Below are positions 9,236 through 18,184 of a stretch of DNA of 64,000 nt, one piece after another. A program made the position numbers and the translations under genes. Below the pieces are notes generated by a model. It did not search any database. It was not told the DNA's origin and saw only the letters and a list, made by a program, of their open reading frames with translations. How positions within the stretch are numbered: the first letter of the stretch is position 1; each line of letters starts with the position of its first letter. Source of the stretch: Gemmatimonadales bacterium (GTDB lineage Bacteria; Gemmatimonadota; Gemmatimonadetes; Gemmatimonadales; GWC2-71-9); assembly GCA_037189525.1 (NCBI GenBank), contig JBBCJC010000001.1, positions 352,001-416,000 on the forward strand, written 5' to 3'.

Positions 9236-10120
9236 TCACACCTGACTGGCCGGCTTACACCCTCTGACAAAAGCCCCCATGACGCGCCCATCGACCTCAT
9301 GCGCCAGGCGGTCGGCATCGAGACCGGCACCGGCCAGGAAATCACGGGCGTCCTCGTACCGGTAGATCCGCGTCGGCTCGATCGACGTCTCCACGAACCC
9401 CGCCTCTGCCAGCAGCCGGTGAAAGGTGGTCTCTTCGAGAGCGCCAGCCACGCATCCAACCCACAGTTCCATGCTGCGACGAACGTCGGCCGGTACCTCG
9501 CCGCGAATCACCACGTCGGATACCGCAAAGCGACCGCCGGGACGGAGCACCCGAAACGCCTCCCGCAGGACACGCGCTTTGTCGCCCGAGAGATTGATGA
9601 CGCAGTTGGAGATGATTACGTCCACCGATGCATCGGGAAGGGGAATTTGTTCGATCTCGCCCTTCAGAAAGGTCACGTTGGTGACACCTGCTTCCCGCGC
9701 ATTGTCGCTCGCGAGGGCAAGCATCTCGTCCGTCATGTCGAGACCATACGCGTGCCCGGTCGGGCCAACTCGTCGAGCCGACAGCAGCACGTCGATCCCG
9801 CCGCCGGACCCGAGATCGAGCACCGTCTCACCCTGGCGCAGTTGGGCCAACGCCGTGGGGTTGCCACAACCGAGCGAGGCCTGGAGTGCTTGCGCCGGAA
9901 TCCCGGCCGTCTCACCCGTATCGTAGAGATTCGAGGTAATCGGATCGGCGCAGTCGGAGCCCGGCGCCGATCCGCAGCAACCGTGGAACTGGCCGGCTCG
10001 GACCCGCTGCGCCGCCGCACCATACTTGTCGCGCACCACAGTCCGGATTTGTCCCGCGTCGGCTGGCTTGTCGTCACAGCACCCCGGAGCGCAGCACGCA
10101 TCGGATGTCGAAAGATCCAC
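9236..10120 (-). CDS. arsM: Arsenite S-adenosylmethionine methyltransferase
   Basis: SLGCGNP, VLDLGSGGG, SNCVINLS, WVGCVAGA; Cys-rich N-terminus (CC..CC, CC); directly downstream of arsR. Confidence 0.95.
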   Translation of the reverse strand: MDLSTSDACCAPGCCDDKPADAGQIRTVVRDKYGAAAQRVRAGQFHGCCGSAPGSDCADPITSNLYDTGETAGIPAQALQASLGCGNPTALAQLRQGETVLDLGSGGGIDVLLSARRVGPTGHAYGLDMTDEMLALASDNAREAGVTNVTFLKGEIEQIPLPDASVDVIISNCVINLSGDKARVLREAFRVLRPGGRFAVSDVVIRGEVPADVRRSMELWVGCVAGALEETTFHRLLAEAGFVETSIEPTRIYRYEDARDFLAGAGLDADRLAHEVDGRVMGAFVRGCKPASQV

Positions 10121-10131
10121 GGTTTCTCCTA

Positions 10132-10147
10132 ATCAAAAAATTTTGAT
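10132..10147. promoter_or_regulatory. ArsR-type operator ATCAA-N6-TTGAT upstream of arsM
   Basis: ATCAAAAAATTTTGAT between arsR and arsM; matches the site upstream of arsR. Confidence 0.75.
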
Positions 10148-10166
10148 ATATAAGATCAAAAAAAAA

Positions 10167-10490
10167 TCAGCTACAACAACTCGAGCCGCCAGCGGATACC
10201 GCCGTGAAAGTCGGAGCCAGATCATCGAGCGCCAAGCGAAGCTCCTGAAGCGCCGCAGGCCGAATGGTGTAGTAGATCCACCGCCCGTCCCTTCGGTCGG
10301 TGACCAGTCCGGCATCCTTGAGAACCTTGAGGTGAAAGGAGAGCCTCGACTGGGCGGCATCCAGCACCCCGGTCAACTCGCAAACACACCGTTCTCCCCC
10401 GCGCAGCAGACCGAGAATCTGCAGGCGGGTCGGATCAGACAGAGCCTGAAACAGCCGGGCGGTTTCGACGGGGTCGCTGGTGGAGGTCAT
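10167..10490 (-). CDS. arsR: ArsR/SmtB-family arsenic-responsive repressor
   Basis: FQALSDPTRLQIL, ERCVCEL (alpha3 Cys site), SRLSFHLKVLKDAGLV, C-terminal CC. Confidence 0.93.
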   Translation of the reverse strand: MTSTSDPVETARLFQALSDPTRLQILGLLRGGERCVCELTGVLDAAQSRLSFHLKVLKDAGLVTDRRDGRWIYYTIRPAALQELRLALDDLAPTFTAVSAGGSSCCS

Positions 10491-10496
10491 GGAATC

Positions 10497-10525
10497 AATA
10501 ATATCAACAAAATTTGATTAGTCAA
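10497..10525 (-). promoter_or_regulatory. arsR promoter with operator in the spacer (probably leaderless)
   Basis: Minus strand TTGACT (10525-10520)-16 nt-TATTAT (10503-10498)-7 nt-ATG; operator ATCAACAAAATTTGAT at 10503-10518. Confidence 0.75.
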
Positions 10526-10541
10526 TCCGGGGAGCCCCTCC

Positions 10542-10580
10542 AACAAAAACACCGCCACCCACGATGCGGATGGCGGTGTT
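10542..10580 (-). terminator. Intrinsic terminator after the M48 protease gene
   Basis: Minus strand AACACCGCCATCC-loop-GGGTGGCGGTGTT followed by TTTGTTG. Confidence 0.75.
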
Positions 10581-10611
10581 ACCGGGAACCGGGCGTCGAG
10601 ACGCTATCGGC

Positions 10612-12060
10612 TCACTGCACCCGCTTGGCCATGGTGCCCGACTTGAGCATATCGGTCGGCGCATTGACGCCATTGATGTACGCAACGGCCGTGACCGATA
10701 CCGAGCTCGGATACTGGCGATGGAAGGCCTCCACTGTCATGTCCCGGGTCAGGCGCACCAGGCGGATCCGACTGGGCTGCTTGGCAAGCGCCGCCTGATC
10801 CGTCAACCGTCCGAAGCTCTGGATCGACTGGCTCAGCGCTCCCCGATACGACGCCCACTGCGCAGCCGGCGTGTAGCCGAGCAACTGAAAGGTGCTTCCT
10901 CCGTGAGACACATAGGTGATCCGTCCGATCACCGCCCCGCTCTCCGTCTGCGCCTGGAACTCCGCCGATGCGGCCGGCAGCCCGTTGATCGACGCGTTCG
11001 ACGTCGCCCCGGCCTGAATGCCCTGCTGGCCGAGAAACTGTGTCAGGGCCTGCGCGGGGGCCGTCTTGCCGGGCACACTGAGAACCACCATAGCATCCTG
11101 CGCGCTGCTCATGCCGACCACCGCCGCCGCCTGGTTCTGGGTCTGCCAGCCGCTCGGAAAGTCGAGCCGGAACGCCATGTCCGGGTGATTGAACCGGGTG
11201 CCCTCGAAGTAGCCATGACGGGGGTTCTCACCGTAGATGAGACCGTCCATCCGCTGGATGAAGGGATCCCGATTGAGCTTGGACTTGCTGAAGTCGACCG
11301 ATACCGTGGCCAGCCGTTCTTCGGTCTTGATGATCCGATTCTCCGGATCGGGGTGGGTCGACAGCCACTGCGGCAAGCGCCCCTCGGCGTTGGCACCTCC
11401 GCTCACGCGGCTCAGCATCGCAAACATGCTCTGCATCGCGCGGACGTCATACCCGTCGCCGAGCGCATACTTGAAGCCCAGGTCATCCGCCTGGGTTTCG
11501 GCATCCCGGCCGTACTTGAGAAACATCAGACCCAGCCCCTGGCTCGCGATGCCCGCGACGGCCGCGACTTCATTGCTCAGGATGCTGCCGACACCCAACA
11601 GACCCTGTGCCAGCTGCGTACGGGAAATCTGCTGCACGGAATGCTTGGCGGTGATGTGGCCGATCTCGTGGCCGAGCACCGACGCCAGCTCCGCTTCGTT
11701 CTGCATGAAGGCGAGGATGCCGCGCGTCACGAAGATGGGCCCGCCGGGCAGCGCAAAGGCGTTGACCGCGGCGTCATCGACCACTTCGAACGACCAGGGA
11801 AGATTGGGACGCTCCGACTCGCGGGCCAGCCGCATCCCGATGCCCCGGACATATTCCTGCAGCGCGGCATCCTGGACCAGGCCCATCGACTGCCGGACCT
11901 CCTCGGCGCCCTGCTGCCCCATCGCGATCTCTTGGGATTCGGACACGAAGGAGAGTTCGCGCCGGCCGGTCACCGGGTTGGTCGCGCAGGCGCCGGTAAA
12001 ACCGGCCAGAACGGTCGCCAGCACGGCTGTACGTACCAGGCTTCCACTCAACAGCATCAT
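10612..12060 (-). CDS. M48-family zinc metalloprotease (BepA/YfgC-like lipoprotein)
   Basis: Lipoprotein signal ...GACATNPVTG; VNAFALPGG, HEIGH, ETQADDLG, STHP. Start at ATG 12060. Confidence 0.9.
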   Translation of the reverse strand: MMLLSGSLVRTAVLATVLAGFTGACATNPVTGRRELSFVSESQEIAMGQQGAEEVRQSMGLVQDAALQEYVRGIGMRLARESERPNLPWSFEVVDDAAVNAFALPGGPIFVTRGILAFMQNEAELASVLGHEIGHITAKHSVQQISRTQLAQGLLGVGSILSNEVAAVAGIASQGLGLMFLKYGRDAETQADDLGFKYALGDGYDVRAMQSMFAMLSRVSGGANAEGRLPQWLSTHPDPENRIIKTEERLATVSVDFSKSKLNRDPFIQRMDGLIYGENPRHGYFEGTRFNHPDMAFRLDFPSGWQTQNQAAAVVGMSSAQDAMVVLSVPGKTAPAQALTQFLGQQGIQAGATSNASINGLPAASAEFQAQTESGAVIGRITYVSHGGSTFQLLGYTPAAQWASYRGALSQSIQSFGRLTDQAALAKQPSRIRLVRLTRDMTVEAFHRQYPSSVSVTAVAYINGVNAPTDMLKSGTMAKRVQ

Positions 12061-12204
12061 CGGTTCGACTCCCTCGGGATTGGTCGACTTCGGGTGGACC
12101 GGATATCTATCTTTCAGACGTTCGCTTGACGGCCGCCAGACACATCCGTTGGTTATGATCGCAACCCGCGACGACGGCGGCAAGGCCCCCACAGGGAGAA
12201 CCGT

Positions 12205-12723
12205 ATGGCCCGATTCGGATGGCTGCTCACGCTCGCCGGCCTGCTCTGGCACCCCGCCGGCGCCGCTGCCCAGGAGGCGACCACGGTGTTCGTGGTCCGC
12301 CACGCGGAACGCGCCTCGGGCGAGGCCGACTCGCCGCTGAGCGACATCGGACGGACTCGGGCCACCGCCCTGGCCCATACCCTCTCCGCCGCCCGGATCA
12401 CCGCGATCTTCACGTCACAGTTCAAGCGCACCCAGGAAACCGCCGCGCCGCTGGCCGCCGCGACCGGCGTGACGGCGCAGACGGTCGACGCGCGCGACCA
12501 GGAGGCACTGGTCAAGGCCATTGCGGCCCTGCCGGCCGGCAGTCGCGTGCTGGTGGTGAGTCACAGCAATCTGGTGCCGGTCATCGTGACCCGGCTGTCC
12601 GGTCAGCCCGTTCCGGAGATGACAGAAGCGGAATTCGACTGGCTCTATCAGGTCGCGATGGTGTCGCCGGGCAAGGGCGCCGTCATCCCGCTCCGCTTTG
12701 GCGGGCCCTCAGGGGCGCATTAG
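12205..12723 (+). CDS. Exported histidine phosphatase family protein (SixA/PGM-like)
   Basis: Signal peptide, VRHAE, LSDIGRTRA, SQFKRTQET, VVSHSN. Confidence 0.85.
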   Translation: MARFGWLLTLAGLLWHPAGAAAQEATTVFVVRHAERASGEADSPLSDIGRTRATALAHTLSAARITAIFTSQFKRTQETAAPLAAATGVTAQTVDARDQEALVKAIAALPAGSRVLVVSHSNLVPVIVTRLSGQPVPEMTEAEFDWLYQVAMVSPGKGAVIPLRFGGPSGAH

Positions 12724-13906
12724 TCCACCCGGGCCGGCCCGCCACTCGGCGCGGATCGGCCTTGCCCAGCAAGGCGAGCACATAGGCGCGCTGCCGCCAG
12801 AAGAGCAGCGCGCCGATCCAGACGGCAAAACCGAACAGGAGCGCTTCGATCAGGCTCGCGCCATGTTCGGGAGAGAAGCCGCGCAGTCCGACCAGCACCA
12901 TCCCAGCCACAGCGCTTGCTGCGAAGGTTCTCGCTCGCCCGATCAGCGCCCGGTCCGCAGCCCGGCTCCGAATCTCCGCCGCGGCGTATCCGATCACACT
13001 GCAGGCCGCCATCAGCTCCAGCAGCCGCAGGATCCCGGCATTGCCCAATTCGCGGACCGGATGGCTGGGCAGGACTCCGCCCTCCCAGACCGGAGTCAGG
13101 TCGACCACCGGCCAGAGGGCCACGCAGAGCAGATAGACGCCGAACGGGCCTAGAGCCCGCCGGACCGTGGGCACTTCGTACCGTCGCCCGTCCGATTCGG
13201 CCCGGGTCAGGTACTCGCCCAGGAGCAGGACGCCCAGCGCCACCAGCAGCGAACACCCGACCAGAAAGACCGGCTCACGAAACCACCCCGGCGCCAGCCC
13301 GATGGCAAAGAGCACCCCGCCCGACAGCGCCACGACGGTCTTGGGCACGCCCCGCGGTATCAGATGATGCCGCGCGACCGACGCGAGGATGACCGCCACG
13401 CCCAATCCGACCAGGCCCAGGAGCCAGCGGCGGACCGGATCGCCATCGTCGGCCAATCCCGACAGCCAGAGTAACGGAATGGTGAGATACACGAGCCCCA
13501 TGAGCGGCAGGTCGAGGGCCAGCACCCCGACCCGGGAATTGCGCATCAGAACCCGCCGAATGGCGTGGTAGACGAGCCCGCCCAGCCAGGCGCCGGTGGT
13601 GTTGGTGACCAGATCGACCAGCGAGGGCGACCGCGCCGGGAGCAGCTGCTGCAGCAACTCGACCGACAGGCTGAGCCCGGCCCCAACCAGCACGGGCTGC
13701 CAGCGCCCGGCAAAGGCCACGACGAACCCCAGCGGAACGAAGAGAGCGATGTTCTGCACCACGTCGGCCACGGTCGCAAAACCGATCAGCCGAAATCCGG
13801 ACGGCCGCTCGAAACCGAACGGCACCAGGGTTACGACAATGATGACGACGACGAGATACCAGGTGAGGGCCAACCCGAGCCGGCGTTGGGTTCGATCGAT
13901 TGTCAC
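12683..13906 (-). CDS. VanZ-like domain multi-pass membrane protein
   Basis: DVVQNIALFVPLGF, SLSVELLQ, RSPSLVDLVTNTTGA followed by many TM segments; GTG 13906 with AAGGG SD. Confidence 0.75.
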   Translation of the reverse strand: MTIDRTQRRLGLALTWYLVVVIIVVTLVPFGFERPSGFRLIGFATVADVVQNIALFVPLGFVVAFAGRWQPVLVGAGLSLSVELLQQLLPARSPSLVDLVTNTTGAWLGGLVYHAIRRVLMRNSRVGVLALDLPLMGLVYLTIPLLWLSGLADDGDPVRRWLLGLVGLGVAVILASVARHHLIPRGVPKTVVALSGGVLFAIGLAPGWFREPVFLVGCSLLVALGVLLLGEYLTRAESDGRRYEVPTVRRALGPFGVYLLCVALWPVVDLTPVWEGGVLPSHPVRELGNAGILRLLELMAACSVIGYAAAEIRSRAADRALIGRARTFAASAVAGMVLVGLRGFSPEHGASLIEALLFGFAVWIGALLFWRQRAYVLALLGKADPRRVAGRPGWTNAPLRARQSGAG

Positions 13907-13980
13907 GACTACCCTTGGGCGCAAGACACTACGGCGGAACCTGTCGAAGTATCGGCGCCGGAGGGCTGCGACTTGAGGGG

Positions 13981-15963
13981 TCAGCGCGCCAATTCGACCA
14001 ATGTCTGGTTGGTCCCCATGGCCAGGAGCGAACCGGCGGGGGTCTTGGTAAGGCCGACCAGGAAGACATCGGTCACAGGAGGGAGAGCGGTCCAGCGAGA
14101 CCCGTTGAACCGCAGCATGACGCCCTCGTGACCCACGGCGTAGTATTCGGTCGGACCGACCGTGGCCACGGCCCGGAGTTCGATGTCGGTAGGCGTCGGC
14201 ACCGGATACCAGCTGTGCCCGTCGAAACGGAGGGCGACCCCCGCCTCACCGACGGCCACGACATCCCGTGAGCTGGTCCCAACCACCGATCGCAGCCGCA
14301 GGAAAGTCGGCGCCGCCATCCGCTCCCAGGTCTCGCCGCGGTAGCGCAGCACGACGCCACTGTCGCCCACGGCAAAGACGTCTCGGCCGTTCACGCCCCA
14401 GATGTGACGGATGAAGGCGGTGGTGGGCGTCGCATGCAGCCGCCAGACCCCGCCGACCCGCTGGATGATGGTGCCGCGATCGCCCGCGGCAAAAACGGCA
14501 TCGGGGTCGGTCGCATCTGCCCAGACCGACCGCATCAACATCCGGGTGGGCGTCGGTTCGATCTGCCACTCCTCGCCGCGCTTGCTGAGCGCCATCCCGC
14601 TGTCGCCGACCACCAGGAGATCGCCGGAGGCGGTCTGCACCATCCCGTACAGATCGCGTCGAAGAAGCGGACCGACCCGCTCGAAGCCAGTGCCGGTCCG
14701 GCGCAGCAGCGTCCCGGCCCCGCCGGCCAGATAGAGCCGTCCATCCGCACCAACCGCCGACGCCGTCAGCAGCGGCGACGACTGCGAGAGCCGCCACCCG
14801 CCGGTCGATCGGGTCATGATGGTGCCGGCCCAGGCGACCGTCCAGAGCGTCCCGGACGGATCGAAGGCCGCCGCGCGCAGGTTCTCCAGCGTGGCCTGCT
14901 GGGGCGCCTGGGTCCAGGCAATGCCGTTGAAGCTGATCACCGCTCCCGTATTGCCGACCACGACGATGTCGCCCCGGTTCCGGCCCGCGATGGCAAAAAA
15001 ATCGGCCTTACTCGGCACGGGAACCTGTCGCCACGCCGTGCCGTCATAGTGGAGGACGGTGCCGCGGATCCCGACCGCAAAGACGTCGACCGGCGAGGTA
15101 CCCCAGAGGCCGAACAGCACCAGATGCGTCGGCGTTTCCATCATCCGCCAGGTGTTGCCGTCCCAGGTCTGGATCTCGCCGTTTTGCCCGCTGGTGAAGA
15201 GCTGATCCGGCGCCGTACCCCACACCGCCCAGAGCTCGGACGACTCGACACCCGGCATGGAACGCCAGGCACCCTCCTCCCGCGCAAACGCTACTTGCGC
15301 ACCAACGATGTAGACGTGATCGGCATCGAGGCCCCAGACATCCAGCAGCGCCTGCTCCGTCTCGAGCGAGAAGGCCCGCCAGGCTTGGCCATCGTAGTGG
15401 ATGGCCGCCCCACGCGCACCGACCGCATAGACATCGGTGGCCGAACTGCCCCATACCGCGGTGAGGTCCGCCGTGATCGGCGTCTCCATCTTCTGCCAGC
15501 TCTGCCCCGCATCCCGGGTCACCAGCACGACCCCGTCGGCGCCGACCGCAAAGATGGTGGACGCATCGGCGGCCCAAACACCGAGCAAGCTGGCATCGGT
15601 CAGTCCCTGCGCAGCGAGCGTTGCCTGGCGCGACGCGATGGGAGCCCGAACCTCGATTGCCGCGGTCCGGCGGCCGACTCGAAACGACGCCTCGAGATCG
15701 GTACGGCCCGGAGCGAGCGCCACCATCCGCGCCCCGGACAGGCCTAACACACCCGGATCCGAGACCCGCAAACTCATCGGTTGGCTGGGCTCGGCGCGCA
15801 ACGTCATGGTGTCGCCGGTCTCGAGCCAGAGCGCGGCGGGGAGCAGGGTCGGCACCACGTCGGGCAGCGGCGACCCGTCGGGTGCGGTAGGCTCGCGATC
15901 GAGACATCCGCCGAGCGTGAGCAGACACCACACCAGGACACCGGACCGTCGCATGCGCCTCAC
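13981..15963 (-). CDS. Lipoprotein with an Ig-like domain and 14 YCF48/WD40-like beta-propeller repeats
   Basis: Lipobox LGGC; 14 repeats of about 39 aa with consensus L..VWG.....VfAVG..G.vl.ydG..W. Confidence 0.8.
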   Translation of the reverse strand: MRRMRRSGVLVWCLLTLGGCLDREPTAPDGSPLPDVVPTLLPAALWLETGDTMTLRAEPSQPMSLRVSDPGVLGLSGARMVALAPGRTDLEASFRVGRRTAAIEVRAPIASRQATLAAQGLTDASLLGVWAADASTIFAVGADGVVLVTRDAGQSWQKMETPITADLTAVWGSSATDVYAVGARGAAIHYDGQAWRAFSLETEQALLDVWGLDADHVYIVGAQVAFAREEGAWRSMPGVESSELWAVWGTAPDQLFTSGQNGEIQTWDGNTWRMMETPTHLVLFGLWGTSPVDVFAVGIRGTVLHYDGTAWRQVPVPSKADFFAIAGRNRGDIVVVGNTGAVISFNGIAWTQAPQQATLENLRAAAFDPSGTLWTVAWAGTIMTRSTGGWRLSQSSPLLTASAVGADGRLYLAGGAGTLLRRTGTGFERVGPLLRRDLYGMVQTASGDLLVVGDSGMALSKRGEEWQIEPTPTRMLMRSVWADATDPDAVFAAGDRGTIIQRVGGVWRLHATPTTAFIRHIWGVNGRDVFAVGDSGVVLRYRGETWERMAAPTFLRLRSVVGTSSRDVVAVGEAGVALRFDGHSWYPVPTPTDIELRAVATVGPTEYYAVGHEGVMLRFNGSRWTALPPVTDVFLVGLTKTPAGSLLAMGTNQTLVELAR

Positions 15964-16826
15964 GCCAGTTTGCGCTCCAGCCGTGCCAGCGCGGACCGGA
16001 TCAGACGGTCGGTGACCCGGTCCGGCAGGAATCGGGTCAGGGTCGCGCGCAGCTTAGCGTCCGTACCGACCAGATAGCGGGTCCGCGGCCGCTCGGCGCG
16101 CAGGGCGTCGACCACCGCATCGACCACGGCCTCAGGCAGCACCCCGCGCCGATCGTTGAGTTCGAGCAATTTGCCCAGGAAGCGCAACTTGGCGCCGTAG
16201 CGCGCCTCGGCGTCGGGCGGCATCGGCGTGGCCGAGGCGAGCGCATCGAGTCCCTTCTGCCAGATCGGGGTACGTACGGCGCCGGGTTCGATGACGACGA
16301 CCTCGATCCCCTCCGGCGCCAGTTCGAGCCGCAACCCGTCCGTCAGCGCTTCGACGGCGAATTTGGACATGCTGTACGGCGCCACGAAGGGCGTGACCGT
16401 CTTGCCGGCAATCGACCCGATATTGACGATCCGCCCGCGAGCTTTCCTGAGCAGAGGAATCACCGCCTGCGTCACCGCCAGGAGGCCGAACACGTTGACC
16501 TCGAAGAGACGTCTCACCTCGGCCAGCGGAACGACCTCGAGCGGACCGCCGCCCGCCACGCCGGCATTATTGATGAGGCCCGCGAGGCCGGCGTCGCCGA
16601 CCCGGGCGCCGATCTGCGAGATCGCGGCCGCAATCTGATCGGCATCGGTCACATCGAGTGCGATCGGCTCGAGCCGCGACGATGCCCCCGATCGCAGCCG
16701 ATCGGCGTCCGAGGCTTTCCGTACCCCGGCAAACACCGTGAACCCCTGACGATCCAGCTCGAGCGCACAGGCCGCGCCGATCCCGGTCGAGGCACCTGTC
16801 ACGAGTACGGCGGGATGGGTTACCAT
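15960..16826 (-). CDS. Short-chain dehydrogenase/reductase
   Basis: TGASTGIG, NNAG, S, YSMSK. Confidence 0.93.
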   Translation of the reverse strand: MVTHPAVLVTGASTGIGAACALELDRQGFTVFAGVRKASDADRLRSGASSRLEPIALDVTDADQIAAAISQIGARVGDAGLAGLINNAGVAGGGPLEVVPLAEVRRLFEVNVFGLLAVTQAVIPLLRKARGRIVNIGSIAGKTVTPFVAPYSMSKFAVEALTDGLRLELAPEGIEVVVIEPGAVRTPIWQKGLDALASATPMPPDAEARYGAKLRFLGKLLELNDRRGVLPEAVVDAVVDALRAERPRTRYLVGTDAKLRATLTRFLPDRVTDRLIRSALARLERKLA

Positions 16827-16990
16827 CTGCGGAATCTAGCCGAGCCGGCGGCCCCGCCGCTCGAAATCCCGACCCCAGGCCCAACTCACGAAACCGAAGG
16901 TGTGTCACTATCGTACGAGGCACGTCGCCCGCGGACGCGGGTGCCCGAAGTTCTCACGGCCAGATCAGCCCCGACTCAAGGAGTTTCCCG

Positions 16991-18133
16991 ATGCGTCGTG
17001 TCCCGCGACTCGGCATCGTTGCAGCGCTCACCCTCGTCCTGGCCGCACCGGTTGTGGCGCAGACGGGGCGTTTCGATCTCGAACGAACCAAGACGGTCCT
17101 GTCCGGGATGATCGAACAGATCATCAAGGAACGCGGGGTGCCGTCGATTTCGATCGCCCTGGTTCGCGGGGACTCGATCGTCTGGAAAGCGGCCTTCGGT
17201 TACGCCAACGTCCGGACCAAGACGGCCGCCACGCCCGAGACGATCTACAGCACCGGCTCGACCTTCAAGGCCGCGACGGCCACGGCCATCATGCAGTTGG
17301 TCGAGCAGGGGAAATTGCAGCTCGATCACCCGGTCAACCGTTATCTCGGCGACGACCGGATCCAGGACCGGCTCCAGAGTGAAAAGCCGGTCACCTTCAC
17401 CCACATCCTCTCCCATTGGTCGGGGCTGACGCCCGGCGCCGTCACCAAGCCGATCTGGGGACGCGAGCTGCCCAAGACGCTCGGCGCCATGACCAACACG
17501 CTCTACTCGATCCGAGCCCCGGAAACCAAGTACGAGTACAACAATTTCGCGTACGGCATGGCGGGACTCCTGATCGAAAAGATCTCCGGCGTCGAGTACG
17601 AGCAGTACATGGTGAACAACCTGCTCAAGCCGCTGGGCGTCGCGATCGCCAATCCGATCACGCCCTCACCGGAAATGGTCGAGCTGATGGCCCTGCCCTA
17701 CCTGCCCGGCGGCGCCAGCGGCAAGCCTCGGCCCGTTGCCCAGGTGCACTTCGACGTCTACCCGGCCGGCGACGTGTACCTGACGGCCGAGGACATGGCC
17801 AAGTTCCTGGCGATGCATTTGAACGACGGGATGTATCGCGGCAAGCGAATCATCTCGGAGGCCTCCGCCCGGAAGATGCGGGAGCCACAATTCGGCGGGA
17901 GCTATGGCTTTGGCTTCGGGATTCAGAAGGATTCGACCAACGGCAACACCCTGATCCTCCACAGCGGCGGCATCCCGGGACAGAGTTCGTGGATGATCGG
18001 CGACGTAGACGCCAAGGTCGGGGTCTACTACATGTCCAACTCCGGCGCGCCGGTCGGACTCGGCATGGCCGCCATTCGGTTGCTGCGCGGCGAGAACTAC
18101 GTCCCGCCGGCGCCCGGCAGCAACCGCGACTGA
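16991..18133 (+). CDS. Exported serine hydrolase (beta-lactamase/CubicO-like S12 family)
   Basis: SD AAGGAG, signal peptide, SxxK (STFK), YNN, HSG. Confidence 0.88.
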   Translation: MRRVPRLGIVAALTLVLAAPVVAQTGRFDLERTKTVLSGMIEQIIKERGVPSISIALVRGDSIVWKAAFGYANVRTKTAATPETIYSTGSTFKAATATAIMQLVEQGKLQLDHPVNRYLGDDRIQDRLQSEKPVTFTHILSHWSGLTPGAVTKPIWGRELPKTLGAMTNTLYSIRAPETKYEYNNFAYGMAGLLIEKISGVEYEQYMVNNLLKPLGVAIANPITPSPEMVELMALPYLPGGASGKPRPVAQVHFDVYPAGDVYLTAEDMAKFLAMHLNDGMYRGKRIISEASARKMREPQFGGSYGFGFGIQKDSTNGNTLILHSGGIPGQSSWMIGDVDAKVGVYYMSNSGAPVGLGMAAIRLLRGENYVPPAPGSNRD

Positions 18134-18144
18134 TCAATGTGCTC

Positions 18145-18176
18145 CCGACCGGGGCGGATGGTGTCGCCCCGGTCGG
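18145..18176. terminator. Hairpin between convergent genes (probable terminator)
   Basis: CCGACCGGGGCG-8 nt-CGCCCCGGTCGG, perfect 12-bp stem; no clear U tract. Confidence 0.55.
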
Positions 18177-18184
18177 CTCGAGCG

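Noticed and set aside
12683..13906. Glycopeptide resistance gene vanZ
   Set aside because: Only a VanZ-like domain within a larger membrane protein; no van cluster.
16991..18133. Class C beta-lactamase resistance gene
   Set aside because: HSG instead of KTG; general serine-hydrolase features; activity cannot be inferred.
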